From Schizosaccharomyces osmophilus (Eukaryota): DNA of 64,000 bases. The translations under genes were made by a program, and so were the position numbers. The notes beneath the pieces are model-generated. The model searched no databases and was not told the DNA's origin. It was given only the letters and a program-made list of their open reading frames with translations. The stretch is taken from NCBI RefSeq assembly GCF_027921745.1, contig NC_079238.1, forward strand, positions 5,022,001 through 5,086,000. The letters run 5' to 3'. Within the stretch, counting starts at the first letter, position 1, and each line of letters begins with the position of its first letter. Of the stretch, positions 47,109 through 59,870 are shown in pieces.

Positions 47109-48186
47109 TGGTAAGTTCTTAAAAGTCAAGTTTCCGCGTCTCCGGAAAAGGAAGAGGTATAAGACCAAAGAAACGACAAGTCAAATAGAAGTTCGTAATA
47201 ATAATATCAATCCAGTTTCAACCAAGCTTTCGAGGGAGAAAAAGTTCGTTTGGTTTTTTTCAGAAACTCGAAAGAAGTTTGAGCATAAACCTTTTCAATA
47301 GCCTAGTTTTTTTAATGATATATTACAAACAAGTTGTAAAAATCTGATTTTTCTTAATCCGAGATGAGAGGGGTGTTTGGAAGACTGCAAGTTCTAAATC
47401 AAGGCTCACGACGGTAAACAATTAAGGTACTGTAGTAAGGGTACGAAACGTCATACGGTTTCTTTGACTTGCTTATTGGAAAAACAAAGTACCAATAAAT
47501 CGTTCTTGTATAAAGGAAATAGCAGGCCGATTTCATAGCGCGGTAAAGGTATTTACGGATGAAAATTGATATGTAAAGAATTCGTGTAATAAAGAGATAA
47601 AAGACAAGAAAGCAAAAAGAAGAAAGGTTTCAGACCTGAATGGCTTGTATGAATGTAAGAAATGTTCCTGGAAAGGCATGTGGAAAATTGACTCGAAACG
47701 AGAGTCCTCCTGCCGTGGACGCTTACATCGTGAAGCAGCAAGCTAGGTTTCAAAGTGGATCCAAGTTTGATGGTTTCATTTTCTTTCGTTTGATTCGTGG
47801 ATTGACCGATGGTCTTTGGATCAGGCAAAACACATGGTTGTTGTGCTTGGTTGATTGTTTGAAGGAAACAGTTCATGCGAGTAATGCTTTACTTTCCATG
47901 TAGAAAAAATAGTTTTAGTATGTAGCATGCGTAGCAGTTCAACACGGCAAGAAGAGTAAGAGTTTGATTTGATCACGCAGCAACAGCGGTAGCAAAAGTA
48001 GTATTTTTTCTTTTTCAACCCTAAGAATCCCTATCCATTTCATTAATAGAATCTAATCATCGACAAAAGTAAAAGTAGTAAACAGAAATATCCAAAATGA
48101 CAAAAAAATGATCGATGACTTGTGGATGTTTGTTTTGTCCAACAAGGAAACCACGTGAAATGCTATTATGCAAAATTGTGCTCTGT

Positions 48187-48962
48187 TTATTCTTTCATTT
48201 CCACGTCGTCTTCCCCTTGTTCCTTGTTGTCGCCAACGGATACTTCTCTGTTGTAAGCATTCATGAACAGCGTCTTCATCTCCTGAGTGATCTGATCAGC
48301 ATGAACAGGCGACTTGTCTAAAACCAAAAAGAACTCTTCATCAGGAATTGTTCCGGAAGTTTCAACGAGAATTAATTTTTTCTCTCCCGTCGTCACACTG
48401 TAAGCCAAGGTGATAATGGAATGCATCATCTCTGTTGGTTCTTCTGCGGTCACATTCTTAGCCTCCTTCAAACCTAAGGGATCTTTCCAGTGGCATGTAA
48501 TCGCACATGGAAGGTATTTTAGGGAAATACCGGCATCCAACAGTGCCAGTGTAGCTCCATTGATTGCAGCTGCAAGTGTATCCCGTGAATTTCCTTCCAC
48601 CACCTGTATGGACACCTGAATCAATGTCCTAGGATAAGTGGTTAAATAGATGGCATCTTCTAAAAGACTAGATATTCTATTGGAAAGCATCCTTTCGAGT
48701 GTTTCAGAAGCTCCATTCATGGGTTGAACCAAAACCTCCACAGAAGCCTTGTTTAGTTTCTCATCACGAATTTTAATCTCAATTGGACCATTCACATTAC
48801 AAATGACACGAGTAGATCCTTGTACAGTTAGCTAAAACACAGATCTTTTCATTCAAATTCGGTTTCCACCGTAAGCGGTTGGTTTTTCTGCTTCTTCAAC
48901 GACATACCTTGTTTCCATTCACTGGATCCGTCTGACTGTGATAAAAACCCAATTCTATTCAT
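48187..48962 (-). CDS. rrp46: Exosome subunit Rrp46 (RNase PH-like). Exons 48962-48908 and 48818-48187.
   Basis: MNRIGFLSQSDGSSEWKQG|STRVICNVNGPIE, YPRTLIQV and INGATLALLDAGI; the intron uses an AAG acceptor. Confidence 0.92.
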
Positions 48963-49345
48963 GGTTTGGAAGAATTTTTGCTAAACACGCGTTGGAATCT
49001 GCAAATTTGCTCAAGTACGAACAGCAAACTTTCAGACAAATAGTGCTACACGCTTTTCTTCGTTAACAAATAAACAAATACTTGGGTGCTCACAAACAAT
49101 CGAAAGGAGTTGTACAGTACAGGTTGAATTTCTATTGATGTTTAATGTTTATGTAATTAGAAACTCGAATCAGGCTACTTTTTTTGTTGCAAGTAGGGAA
49201 CGCTGTTTTCTTCAATGGTAGAGAATTGATCAATTTCTATCATCTAGTTAGCATCGATCTCGTAAGTACAGTACAGAAAAGAAATCCTTCATGAACTAAA
49301 AACCAAAGAAACTAAAACTAAAAAGGATATTGTAAATCCTGCTGC

Positions 49346-50731
49346 TCATGGTTGTAACCAATCGCTCCTACGCATTTCTGCAAGTCGGCTGAGACAACGC
49401 GAAAAAGCGAAAACCTCTTCCACTCCTCCAAAATCACCATGATAATTGGATTCAGGGGCTATCATTGAATTTTCAATACTCTCGCTATAGTTCTTTGTTG
49501 TTTGCAAGTGCTTGTATCCTTCTGGTGTAGGGTAAATTAGATCTACGGAAACGTCAGCAGATAATATAATCTTGGCACGAGCATCGTAAGCGGCATCAAT
49601 AAAATTGATAAATCTTCGAATAAGGTCTTTTGCTTCAATAGAGAGTTGGGGGATATCAGAAATAATAAATACCTTAAAGCGATTTGCTAGTGAAATATAA
49701 TCAGCTGCACTTTTGGGTTCTCCACAAAGTTCCCTGAAAGTAAACCAAGCTGTGTCTTTACTAACTTTTGGAACAAGAATTGTTCTTCCAAAAACCTCTA
49801 ATTGTACCTCGTGAGTGGGATCTGCATGAAGGTCACCATATCTTTCAAAAAAATTTTGCACTTTCTGTCTGACTTTTGTATCTTTAGCTGGATACAGATA
49901 AACATCATCGGTTTGAGTTTGGAGACGTCGATAATCGTTGGGACTATCTAGGCACATTACGTTTAAACTTTCATTCAGTAGATGGATACAAGGAATGAAG
50001 CTCTCCCTTTGGATTCCATTTTTGTACAAGTCATCTGGAGCTCGGTTTGATGTTATGAAGATAACGACACCATACTTTTGTAAGCATTCAAACAATCTTC
50101 GAAGGATGAGAGCACCCGCTACATCTGTTACCTGAAGCTCATCAAAGCATAAAACTGTACATTTGCTTGCAAGCTGAGCACTGAGATACTCGATGGTATC
50201 GACGCCATAGCCGTACACTTGTTTCAACTGGTGTGCCGACTGATGGATATGGAGCATGAAAGCATGAAAGTGGATGCGCTTTGAACGAGTAACATTGGAA
50301 GGTAAATTAGTATAAAACAAGTCCATTAACGCAGTCTTCCCGCATCCAACATCACCATATAGATAGATGCCTCTAGGTATTTGGGGAGCTATGAAAGATG
50401 ATGGTTTAAAGCTGGAAGCACACTTGCTTAGCGTAGAGCGAAATCTGGAAAGCCACGTAGATCCTTCATTGCCTCGGGAGGGCAAATAGAAACTTTCTTT
50501 GGGTACGGGGGGTTGATTGTACGATTGTAAGTCATGATACAAACGATTGACAGCGAAAACCGCCTTTTCTTGGTGTGGATCAGGCCTCCACTTTCCTTCT
50601 TTAACTTTGAGCTCATAAGCTTCTTTTGGACTTTTAGAGGACAAATGACGAACAACTGTATGCTGTCGCGGTATCGACATGAACATGCCGCGCTGAATTT
50701 TGAAGAAAAAAGAAGGCCGGAGAAAAACCAT
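49346..50731 (-). CDS. afg1: AFG1/LACE1/ZapE-family mitochondrial ATPase
   Basis: GIYLYGDVGCGKTALMDLF, LCFDELQVTDVA, TSNRAPDDLYKNGIQR and FAFSRCLSRL. Confidence 0.94.
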   Translation of the reverse strand: MVFLRPSFFFKIQRGMFMSIPRQHTVVRHLSSKSPKEAYELKVKEGKWRPDPHQEKAVFAVNRLYHDLQSYNQPPVPKESFYLPSRGNEGSTWLSRFRSTLSKCASSFKPSSFIAPQIPRGIYLYGDVGCGKTALMDLFYTNLPSNVTRSKRIHFHAFMLHIHQSAHQLKQVYGYGVDTIEYLSAQLASKCTVLCFDELQVTDVAGALILRRLFECLQKYGVVIFITSNRAPDDLYKNGIQRESFIPCIHLLNESLNVMCLDSPNDYRRLQTQTDDVYLYPAKDTKVRQKVQNFFERYGDLHADPTHEVQLEVFGRTILVPKVSKDTAWFTFRELCGEPKSAADYISLANRFKVFIISDIPQLSIEAKDLIRRFINFIDAAYDARAKIILSADVSVDLIYPTPEGYKHLQTTKNYSESIENSMIAPESNYHGDFGGVEEVFAFSRCLSRLAEMRRSDWLQP

Positions 50732-51591
50732 TTTAAAGAAATAAGGTAAATTACTTCAAATTTGACAGACCAAGTCGTTATTGTGGTTAAATAGAGCCTG
50801 TGTCCGTTAACAGCCTTAGGTTCCGAAAAAACGCGGGTATTTGTTATTTTTTTTTTTTGTGAAGAGAAACTTTTATTATAAATGAACTATAGACATGAAG
50901 AACAATTTGTTAGTTTTTAGTTTTGGAGAATTCTGTAAAAAGAACGAATTCAGTATTTGGCAGGTTGCATCTATGCAGAATGTAAGTATCAACAACATTT
51001 GAACTTTAAAATGAGTTTGGGATTTTTTACTTTCCAAAATAAACAATTTGAAATCAAGCTAAAACCTAAGTGATGCATCAACTTTTAATCGAATGTGGAA
51101 AAGAATTGTCATCTCGCTGAGCTTCAAGAAGAAAAGAAAAAGAAGAGTATTCATATAAATAGAAAGAACTACATTGTCATGTAGTGGTAAGACCAAAGAC
51201 AACAATTTTTGTCTCTTGTTTATTTTCTAGTGAACTACAAGAAGATATTCACAAACGTTTCTGTTAGGAGAAGAGGAACGTATACAATTTTTGCTGGAAA
51301 CATTTCACTCATTCATTGCTGGTCCTCTCGAACACAAGAGGATTCTATGCTCAAATCGTGGAAATAGATCTTGGAGAACAGCATCCAAACGATACATAAA
51401 GACAAAACTTCCGTGATTCCAATTCACCCAGTTTCCTTTGACTGTAAGAATCTTTTTTGATACATGAAATATGGCAAGCCAGAGTTCTGAGAGACGGTAG
51501 AAAGTTTCTTAAAAGACGTAAAAATTTGATTTAAAAATAAGATTGAAAAGAAGCCTTTTTTCCTACGTTTCATTTCGTTTGACAACATTAA

Positions 51592-51624
51592 TTTGTTTAT
51601 GCTTTTGTTTACGCTTTTGTTTAC
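51592..51624 (-). promoter_or_regulatory. Three tandem forkhead/FLEX-like motifs with 12-bp periodicity
   Basis: TTTGTTTAT-GCT-TTTGTTTAC-GCT-TTTGTTTAC (RTAAACAAA on the minus strand). Confidence 0.5.
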
Positions 51625-51756
51625 ATTATAGAGATGCACTCTAGTACATTAAACTGTATTCGGCTGCGCAGGGCTTCTGTAATGGACGATATTTAAAACA
51701 CTTAAGACGAGTTTGACCTTTACCAAATTGGTAGCAAGCAATTAAAGTCTATAAAT

Positions 51757-52714
51757 ATGGGTGTTGAAAAGCAAGTCCTTGTCGTAAGTTATATGACTGC
51801 ATCATTTAGACGCGTTTGGAGTCCAAATAACCGTTTCTGGAGGTGACTTCGTAAAGAACGGGAAAGGACCCATGCGCGATTTTCTGAAGCATTCGTGGTA
51901 GTTTAGGCTTGAATTCCTTATTTACCTGTTTAAATTAGCCTGGCGATGGCCAAAACTTTCCTAAACCTGGTGATCGGTACGTATAACCCATTGTTCTGCG
52001 CAAAGCAGGTGAACCAATAGAGCTGCAATTGCATTGTACGAATAGCGATTATTTTCGTTTCTCTGTTCCTTCAATTGGTTTTTTGGCGCCTTCTTTTTTT
52101 GCTTTCTCTGCTTCAATTTCGATTTTCTAACTCATACATTTAGTATCTCCATGCACTACACTGGTAAGTGGGTTCTCTTAAGAATATAAGAAGCTCGTCA
52201 ACGTTTTGGGGATTGATCCATGTCGGTTTCTATATATATATTTTAAGATGTTTTCCAAGACTATTTGCTCATGCAATTGTTCCTTAGGTACCCTTACGAA
52301 CGGTAAAAAGTTTGACTCCTCCGTTGACCGTGGTACCCCTTTTGTTTGTAACATTGGCGTTGGTCAATTAATCCGTATGTATTTCTGGATATTTTCAACT
52401 TTCCAGCAATCATGTTGTTTTGTTGCTAACGAAATATATAGGAGGTTGGGATGAAGGTGTTCCCCAAATGAGTTTAGGTGAACAAGCCAAGCTCAACATC
52501 TCTTCTGACTATGGATATGGGTTCGTGACGTTCTGTCATTTTTAATCTTGTGTTAACCAACATTTGTAGCCCTCGTGGATTTCCTGGTTTGATTCCCCCC
52601 AATAGCACTCTCGTCTTGTAAGTAGTCGTTAATTCCTTTCCCCTGTATTTACTTTGTTTGCTAATGCTTCTTAGCGATGTCCAACTTTTAGCCATCAACA
52701 ACTTGAAGGCTTAA
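51757..52714 (+). CDS. fkh1: FKBP12 peptidyl-prolyl isomerase, 112 aa, 7 exons: 51757-51783, 51939-51976, 52144-52163, 52288-52374, 52442-52520, 52570-52617, 52675-52714
   Basis: Spliced product [112 protein letters not shown]; exons total 339 nt. Confidence 0.95.
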
Positions 52715-53242
52715 ATGAAGTATATAGATTACTTATGTCAAAAGGTTTTACTTACGATGCCTTAGTATACCATTTACAATGAGATTACTCATTTACTTTA
52801 ATGTAAAATTTGACTGTATCTAAATTCAGATTTTTTCCATATAAACTACAGACTTTGATACAAAGAAGGAATTTTGGCTTTTGTAACGGTTTACAAAGGC
52901 AGCCTGCTCTTCGCGGATACCAGCACTGGAAGCTTCTTAGGTATATAAAAAAAAGAAACACGTATGTATTTATGTAGTCCTGAAATTAACATATCTTTTT
53001 GCAAATTTTTACATATGCAAGCCCCTAGATAGTAAAAGAGCATGTCAGAGAAATTCACAAAAAAAATCTTAGAATGAATTAGGCATTATATTAAAGGTAT
53101 TATTAGTAATTTCAAAAAGATTAATTGGTTGAGCAATTAAAGAGTGAAACGAATCAAAACAGCAATCCGTGAGAATGATGAGAAACTCTTAAGCTCTAAA
53201 ATAAGCTTTGGATTGAATGGTAATCGTACCATTCTATCCTCT

Positions 53243-56200
53243 CTATGATAAACCAAGGATATTACCTTCCTCATCTAAGTCGATGTTGTAATAAGCAGGC
53301 TTTGTTGGCAAGCCTGGAATAGTGGATATAGCAGCTGCTAAAGGATATATGAAACCAGCACCTGCACTTAGGCGCATATCACGGATCGGGACGGTGAAGT
53401 TAGTTGGTGCACCCTTGAGATCAGGATCAGCTGACAAACTATATTGTGTTTTTGCGATACAGATGGGTAAATCATTATATCCTTGCTCAGTAAAACGGTT
53501 TAATCTTTCCTGTGCCAAAGGACTCATTTCAATTCCATCAGCTCCATACATTTCCTTAGTAATGATTTCAATTTTCTTTTCAATTGGCAAGTGCAAATCA
53601 TACAAGAATCGGAAGTCAGCCTTCTCATTCTCACAGGCATGAATCAAGGCACGAGCAACATCCAATGCACCTTTTCCTCCTTCAGCCCAGTGATTAGAAA
53701 CAACGGCATCGGTAGCTCCAGCACGAATAGCTTCTTCACGAATAGCAGAAATCTCACTCTCAGAGTCGGATGCAAATTTGTTGATCGCAACCACAACAGG
53801 AAGACCGTATTTACGAGAGTTGCTAATATGCTTAGCAAGATTGGAACAACCCTTTCGAACAAGTTCGACATCTTCGTTCTTGTATTCATTAGGAATAGGC
53901 TTACCAGGACCAACAGGAGGTCCTCCACCATGGAGTTTGAGGGCCTGCACAGTTGCGACAATAACAACGGCATCGGGTTTATGACCAGAAGTACGGCACT
54001 TTATATTCATGAATTTCTCCATGCCAATATCAGAGGCAAATCCTGCCTCAGTAACGACATAACCAGCATCTTTATGTTCATCTTCATCTGGCTCTGTACC
54101 TGCCAACTTTAGAGCAATTTTATCTGCAATGATAGAGGAAGCACCAATACTAATGTTTGCAAATGGACCTGCATGAACAAGAGCCGGTGTACCCTCAAGG
54201 GTTTGCATCAATGTAGGCTTCATGGCATCTTTAAGCAATACAACGAGGGCACCGCCGACACCTAAATCATCTGCAGTAACAGGCTCACCTTGTTTATTGC
54301 TGGCAACAACCATTCTACCCAACCGTTCGCGCATGTCCCTCAAATCAGTAGCCAAAGCCAACACTGACATACATTCACTAGCAACCGATAAGTCAAAGCC
54401 AGTTTGGCGAGTGAATCCCTTTTCGGTGGGATTTTCTCCAATAGTAATTTTACGAAGGAATCTATCATTGACATCTAAGGTGCGATTCCAAGAAATAGTT
54501 GATGGATCAATGTCTAATCTGGCAAATCGTGATTTTTCCTCGTCGGTTAATTCTTCAGGCTTTCGCTTGTGAATGCCGAGTTTTTGAAGGCGGTGAAACA
54601 TTACAGGTGCAAATTCGGTTTTGTTGCCTTTTACAGTAGTTAGTCGTTTAAACAAAGCAGTATCACTTTGGGTATTTTCGTGAAAAATACGAGTATCAAT
54701 AGCAGCAGCAAGGAGATTGGTGGCTGCAGTAATGGCATGGATATCACCAGTCAAATGAAGATTAAAATCCTCCATAGGGAAGAACTGAGAATAACCACCC
54801 CCAGCAGCACCGCCCTTGATGCCAAACGTTGGGCCTTGAGAAGGTTGGCGAACGCAAGCAACAGCGAGCTTGTTTAGGTTGGAAAGAGCCTGAACGAGTC
54901 CAGCAGTAAGGGTGCTTTTACCCTCACCAAAAGGCGTAGGAGTGATACCGGTGACTACAACATAATGACCATCACGACGGTGAGTCAAACGTTTCAACAG
55001 ATCCAAACTCACTTTGGCCTTATAGGAACCATAGCATTCTAATTCATTCTTGGAAATACCAATCTCATTAGCCAAGTCACTAATGAATTTAGGAGTTTGA
55101 GATCTGGCAATATCGATATCACTGGGAACGGGAGATTGTAATTTCAAAGGCAAAAGAGAAGGCATTCGCTTACGAGACAAGTCCTTAAAACGAATGGCAG
55201 ATTCCACAACATTTTGCATCAACATGGCGACGGTCATAGGACCGACTGATCCGGGGACTGGAGTAATGGCACTCACGACTTCTTTTGCATTTTCGAAATC
55301 AATGTCACCGGTCATGCGATAACCGGATTTTTTGGAGGAGTCAGGAATGTAATTAATTCCGACATCAATTGCAACAGCGCCTTTCTTAAACCAGTCGGCT
55401 TTTACGAAATGGGCAGAACCGATAGCAGAAACGACAATATCGGCAGTTTTAACAATATCTGAAATAGCCTCTGTTTTCGAATGGCAAATCGTAACGGTAG
55501 CATTGGCTTTTTCCAAAAGCAAGCTCATGGGTAAACCAACGATGTTACTACGACCTATCACGACGGCATGCTTTCCGGCGACGGAAATGTTGTAGTGCCT
55601 TAGCATCTCCATGACACCTTTAGGAGTGCAGGAAACAAAAAGAGGGTCGCTACCGCGCTTAGCAAGTCTACCGAGATTTCCTTCACAGAAGCCATCAACG
55701 TCTTTTTCAACGCTGACAGACTCAGTAATGCGACGCTCATCCAAATGAGCAGGAAGGGGCAATTGAACGATAATTCCATGAACTGAAGGGTCGTCATTGA
55801 ATTGTTTTAATGCCAATAACAATTCGTATTCGGAAATGTCTGGGGGGAAATTGATGTGTTCACAGTTTATACCAGTCTATGGAACTTGTTAGACACATTC
55901 AGGTCTCGTTTCATCAAAATCACAAAAGAGCTTTTGAGTTTTTAGATTTTAAAGATAAAGAAAAGTAGGGAATATGGGGTACACCGCCCAGGACGCGTCA
56001 AAACGCACATCCAAAGGCACCTTTCACTAACTCAAAAAATCCCATGGAACGAATACTTACCTCAGCAGCAGCACGCGTTTTCATACGCACATAGACACTG
56101 GAATCCTCGCGTGCGCCAACCTGAACGATCTTTAAAACAGGTTGAAAGGTTGGGCATGTTTTTTGTATGGAAGAAACGCGTTCGCGCAAAAATTCCCGGG

Positions 56201-56287
56201 TTTGGCTACTCAATGGTTAAAAGCAAGAACAACCAATAGAAGCATTTCTTACCGCGCTAATGCGACGCCCTCTAAAATTTGAGCCAT
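53243..56287 (-). CDS. thf1: Trifunctional C1-tetrahydrofolate synthase, cytoplasmic type. Exons 56287-56253, 56205-56061, 55876-53243.
   Basis: YVRMK, HGIIVQLPLP, KDVDG, GRSNIVG, TPTPFGEGKST, HAGPFANI and VVTEAGF; no mitochondrial presequence. Confidence 0.93.
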
Positions 56288-56681
56288 GAATGCAAAGTAT
56301 AGGAAAAAGACAGCAGACCTTTCTACGAGACATGATCATCACCAACAATCACCTCCATCTCAAGTATTATGATCTCCATTTTTATACAACAAAATGTTTT
56401 ATAAAATTGAAAGAATAATTTAAGTTTTAAAATTTTCTCTCATTTGCGTTCCTTTCACTTTCAGCTCATGTAGATCTGTTTGCCTATGCAGATCTTTGTA
56501 TCGCCAAAATTTAGCTTAATATTGTGGCAAAGTCGGCTAACATTCAGCTCAAAATTTTTCTCCTGGAAAAGGAAAAAAAAAACTATTTAACGTCATACTT
56601 CAGCTGATTCAAATAACGAAACCATTTTCATTGGCTCTTCAAAAATATAAAACCTAAAAGACCCAATTTTTAAGAGCCGAA

Positions 56682-56717
56682 CGTGACTGTTTTTTTGAGC
56701 TGTAAAAATATATATAT
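56682..56717 (+). promoter_or_regulatory. Homol-D-like box (CGTGACTG) and TATA-like element upstream of EF-1alpha
   Basis: One mismatch to TGTGACTG/CAGTCACA, about 90 bp upstream of the ATG; ATATATATAT at 56708-56717. Confidence 0.5.
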
Positions 56718-56777
56718 GGATGACCCCCAGCGCTAATAAATTCTACCATCTACTTTGTAGTTTTATAAAACATCAAA

Positions 56778-58160
56778 ATGGGTAAGGAAAAGGGACACAT
56801 TAACATTGTCGTTATCGGTCACGTCGATTCTGGTAAGTCTACCACTACCGGACACTTGATTTACAAGTGTGGTGGTATTGACAAGCGTACCATCGAAAAG
56901 TTCGAGAAGGAAGCCACCGAATTAGGTAAGGGTTCTTTCAAGTACGCCTGGGTTTTGGATAAGCTTAAGGCCGAACGTGAACGTGGTATCACCATCGACA
57001 TTGCCCTCTGGAAGTTCGAAACTCCCAAGTACTACGTTACTGTTATTGATGCCCCTGGTCACCGTGACTTCATCAAGAACATGATTACTGGTACTTCTCA
57101 AGCTGACTGTGCCATTCTCATTATTGGTGGTGGTACTGGTGAATTCGAAGCTGGTATCTCTAAGGACGGCCAAACTCGTGAGCACGCATTGCTTGCCTAC
57201 ACCTTGGGTGTCAAGCAACTCATCGTTGCTGTCAACAAGATGGACTCTGTCCAATACTCTCAAGCTCGTTTTGAGGAAATTATCAAGGAGACCTCCAACT
57301 TCGTCAAGAAGGTTGGTTTCAACCCCAAGACCGTTCCTTTCGTCCCCGTCTCTGGTTTCCAAGGTGACAACATGATTGAGCCTACCTCTAACATGACCTG
57401 GTACCAAGGCTGGCAAAAGGAGAGCAAGGCTGCTGGTGTTGTTAAGGGTAAGACTCTTTTGGAAGCCATTGACGCCATTGAGCCTCCTATCCGTCCCGTT
57501 GAGAAGCCTCTTCGTCTTCCTCTTCAAGATGTTTACAAGATCGGTGGTATCGGTACAGTCCCCGTCGGTCGTGTTGAAACTGGTACTATCAAGCCCGGTA
57601 TGATCGTCAGCTTTGCCCCCGCTGGTATTACCACTGAAGTTAAGTCCGTCGAAATGCACCACGAGTCTCTCCAAGCTGGTCTTCCTGGTGACAACGTCGG
57701 ATTCAACGTCAAGAACGTTTCCGTTAAGGACATCCGTCGTGGTAACGTTGCTGGTGACTCCAAGAACGACCCTCCTATGGGCTGTGCTAACTTCACCGCT
57801 CAAGTTATCATTCTTAACCACCCCGGTCAAATCTCCGTTGGTTACTCTCCTGTTTTGGATTGCCACACTTCTCACATTGCTTGCCGTTTCAACGAGCTCA
57901 TTGAGAAGATTGACCGTCGTACCGGTAAGAAGATTGAAGAAGCTCCCAAGTACGTCAAGTCCGGTGATGCTTGTATCGCACAAATGCTTCCCAGCAAGCC
58001 TATGTGCGTTGAAGCTTTCACTGACTACGCTCCTCTTGGCCGTTTCGCCGTCCGTGACATGCGTCAAACCGTCGCTGTCGGTGTTATCAAGGCCGTTGAG
58101 AAGTCTGCCCCTGGCCAAGCTAAGGTTACCAAGGCTGCCCAAAAGGCTGGTAAGAAGTAA
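56778..58160 (+). CDS. tef103: Translation elongation factor EF-1 alpha
   Basis: [20 protein letters not shown] and NKMD; strong codon bias; paralog number from synteny only. Confidence 0.97.
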   Translation: MGKEKGHINIVVIGHVDSGKSTTTGHLIYKCGGIDKRTIEKFEKEATELGKGSFKYAWVLDKLKAERERGITIDIALWKFETPKYYVTVIDAPGHRDFIKNMITGTSQADCAILIIGGGTGEFEAGISKDGQTREHALLAYTLGVKQLIVAVNKMDSVQYSQARFEEIIKETSNFVKKVGFNPKTVPFVPVSGFQGDNMIEPTSNMTWYQGWQKESKAAGVVKGKTLLEAIDAIEPPIRPVEKPLRLPLQDVYKIGGIGTVPVGRVETGTIKPGMIVSFAPAGITTEVKSVEMHHESLQAGLPGDNVGFNVKNVSVKDIRRGNVAGDSKNDPPMGCANFTAQVIILNHPGQISVGYSPVLDCHTSHIACRFNELIEKIDRRTGKKIEEAPKYVKSGDACIAQMLPSKPMCVEAFTDYAPLGRFAVRDMRQTVAVGVIKAVEKSAPGQAKVTKAAQKAGKK

Positions 58161-58896
58161 ATACCATTGTAATGATGTGAAAAATTTACTCTGCTAAACT
58201 TGGCATCTGAAAGCATGATATTTAAAAAGGTGTTGGGCTGATGGTGTTTTTTGAAATAGCGCACTTAAACCTACGATTTAGAATATAATATCACTTGAAT
58301 ATCTATGATTCAGGTTAATTGTACTGGTAATTGGATTTGGTTTTAATCAACTTACGAGTAGTTAAAGGTTGTAGAATACAGAAAACTAGGAGTGTAGCAT
58401 TGAATAGTGTTGTTGGACTACAGAACAAGAGCCTTTAAATTAGTCATTCGGTGGAATGAAAAAAAAGATAGCAAGTTTGATTTGGTAGCGTTAGAAGGTT
58501 CTATTTTTCAACAATGGAAATTTGGTACTGTAACAGGAAAGAAAAGAAAGACGTTGATGAAGGATCAATAAAGAAATAGTTCATTGGTATATAAATAATA
58601 AGATTTTAAAAAAGTAAACAAAAACTAGAAAGGATTTGATACTTGTGAAGAAAATGGTACTTTTCCGAAAGGAGATACTGTTCCCAGAGTAACCACGACA
58701 CAAGTCCAAGGGCCCTTTAAATATCAGCTTAATCATAGAATATTTTGGCAGTTCGAAAGTAACGAGAAAAAAAAAGCAGATTCGCTGAGAATAAGGACGA
58801 TAATAACTTTGAGGATAGCGTTTAAAAAGCTGCAGACAGTACAGTATTGGAACTTTGCAATAGGATTAGGCCGAATAGACAAAACTTTTTGTAAAT

Positions 58897-59655
58897 ATGA
58901 GTGGATTACCGGAATCAAAATTAGGAACGAAGGCACAGTAAGTCTAAAAAGCTTTTGAATTGAATAAATGACAATTTGCTAACTGAGTTGGTGCTAGCTG
59001 GGACTCTATGTATGAGTTGGAAGTATCGAATTTCAAAGAATTTAAAGACGAAGGGGAAATATGGTTTGGTGAAGAGTCTGAAGAACGAATTGTTCAGTGG
59101 ATGGAAGATTATGTTTCAAACGATCAAAGAACGTCAGCAAACCATGCTTACCGGGTTTTGGACCTGGGGACAGGAAATGGTCATTTAATTCTTCGTATTG
59201 CTGAAGAGGCTGACACTTTACTTCCTCAGCCTTACGAATTGCTTGGTGTTGACTATAGCGAGAAAGCGGTAGAGCTTGCGAAACAGTTGGCAGAAGCGCA
59301 CGATTTTCAAAAACAAGTTAAATTTGAGCAGTACGATATTATAAAGGACTTACGGCTCTGTGACAGAACATGGGATCTTATTTTGGACAAAGGAACTTTT
59401 GATGCCATTTCTCTCAGCTCAGATAAGTTGGATGGAGTCCCTCTCAACCAGGTATATGTGGATCGTATCCATGAGATGCTGTCCCCTACAGGGGTATTTT
59501 TAATTACTAGCTGCAACTGGACCCTAGAAGAATTATCTGAACGTTTCCTCAATAAGGGATTTCGTATCCATTCTACTGTTCCGGTCCCTGTCTTTGAGTT
59601 CCAAGGAAGCAAAGGTAGCTCGACAACAGTTGTCGCTTTCGAGCTTGCCAATTAA
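58897..59655 (+). CDS. efm4: eEF1A lysine N-methyltransferase Efm4/See1 (METTL10-like). Exons 58897-58937 and 58998-59655.
   Basis: SKLGTKAH|WDSMYELE, GEIWFGE, VLDLGTGNG, GVDYS, LDKGTFDAISL and LITSCNWT. Confidence 0.92.
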
Positions 59656-59793
59656 AGGCCAAATCGAAGCCTTTGATGGATCCATTAACGACTGCTTATA
59701 AAATAAAAATAAATGTTTAAGTTCCTTATGTTTTTTCTTTTCTCTGTGTTTACTAATATACTGCGGTAGCGCTCGTTATAAGATTATATGTAT

Positions 59794-59819
59794 AGGGTAG
59801 GGTTTGTCCAACCGTCACA
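59794..59819 (+). promoter_or_regulatory. Ribosomal protein gene promoter: Homol-E plus a Homol-D variant
   Basis: AGGGTAGGGT 59794-59803 (exact Homol-E) and CCGTCACA 59812-59819 (one mismatch to CAGTCACA), about 50 bp before the rpl16 ATG. Confidence 0.75.
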
Positions 59820-59870
59820 AACTGACACCAAAATTCTTGGAAAAGGTAAGCATCAACAGAGACCGCCAAT

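Noticed and set aside
56922..58142. 406-aa antisense ORF (and a 194-aa alternate-frame ORF) over EF-1alpha
   Set aside because: Expected by-product of strong codon bias in a highly expressed gene (few TTA/CTA/TCA codons); no recognisable domain
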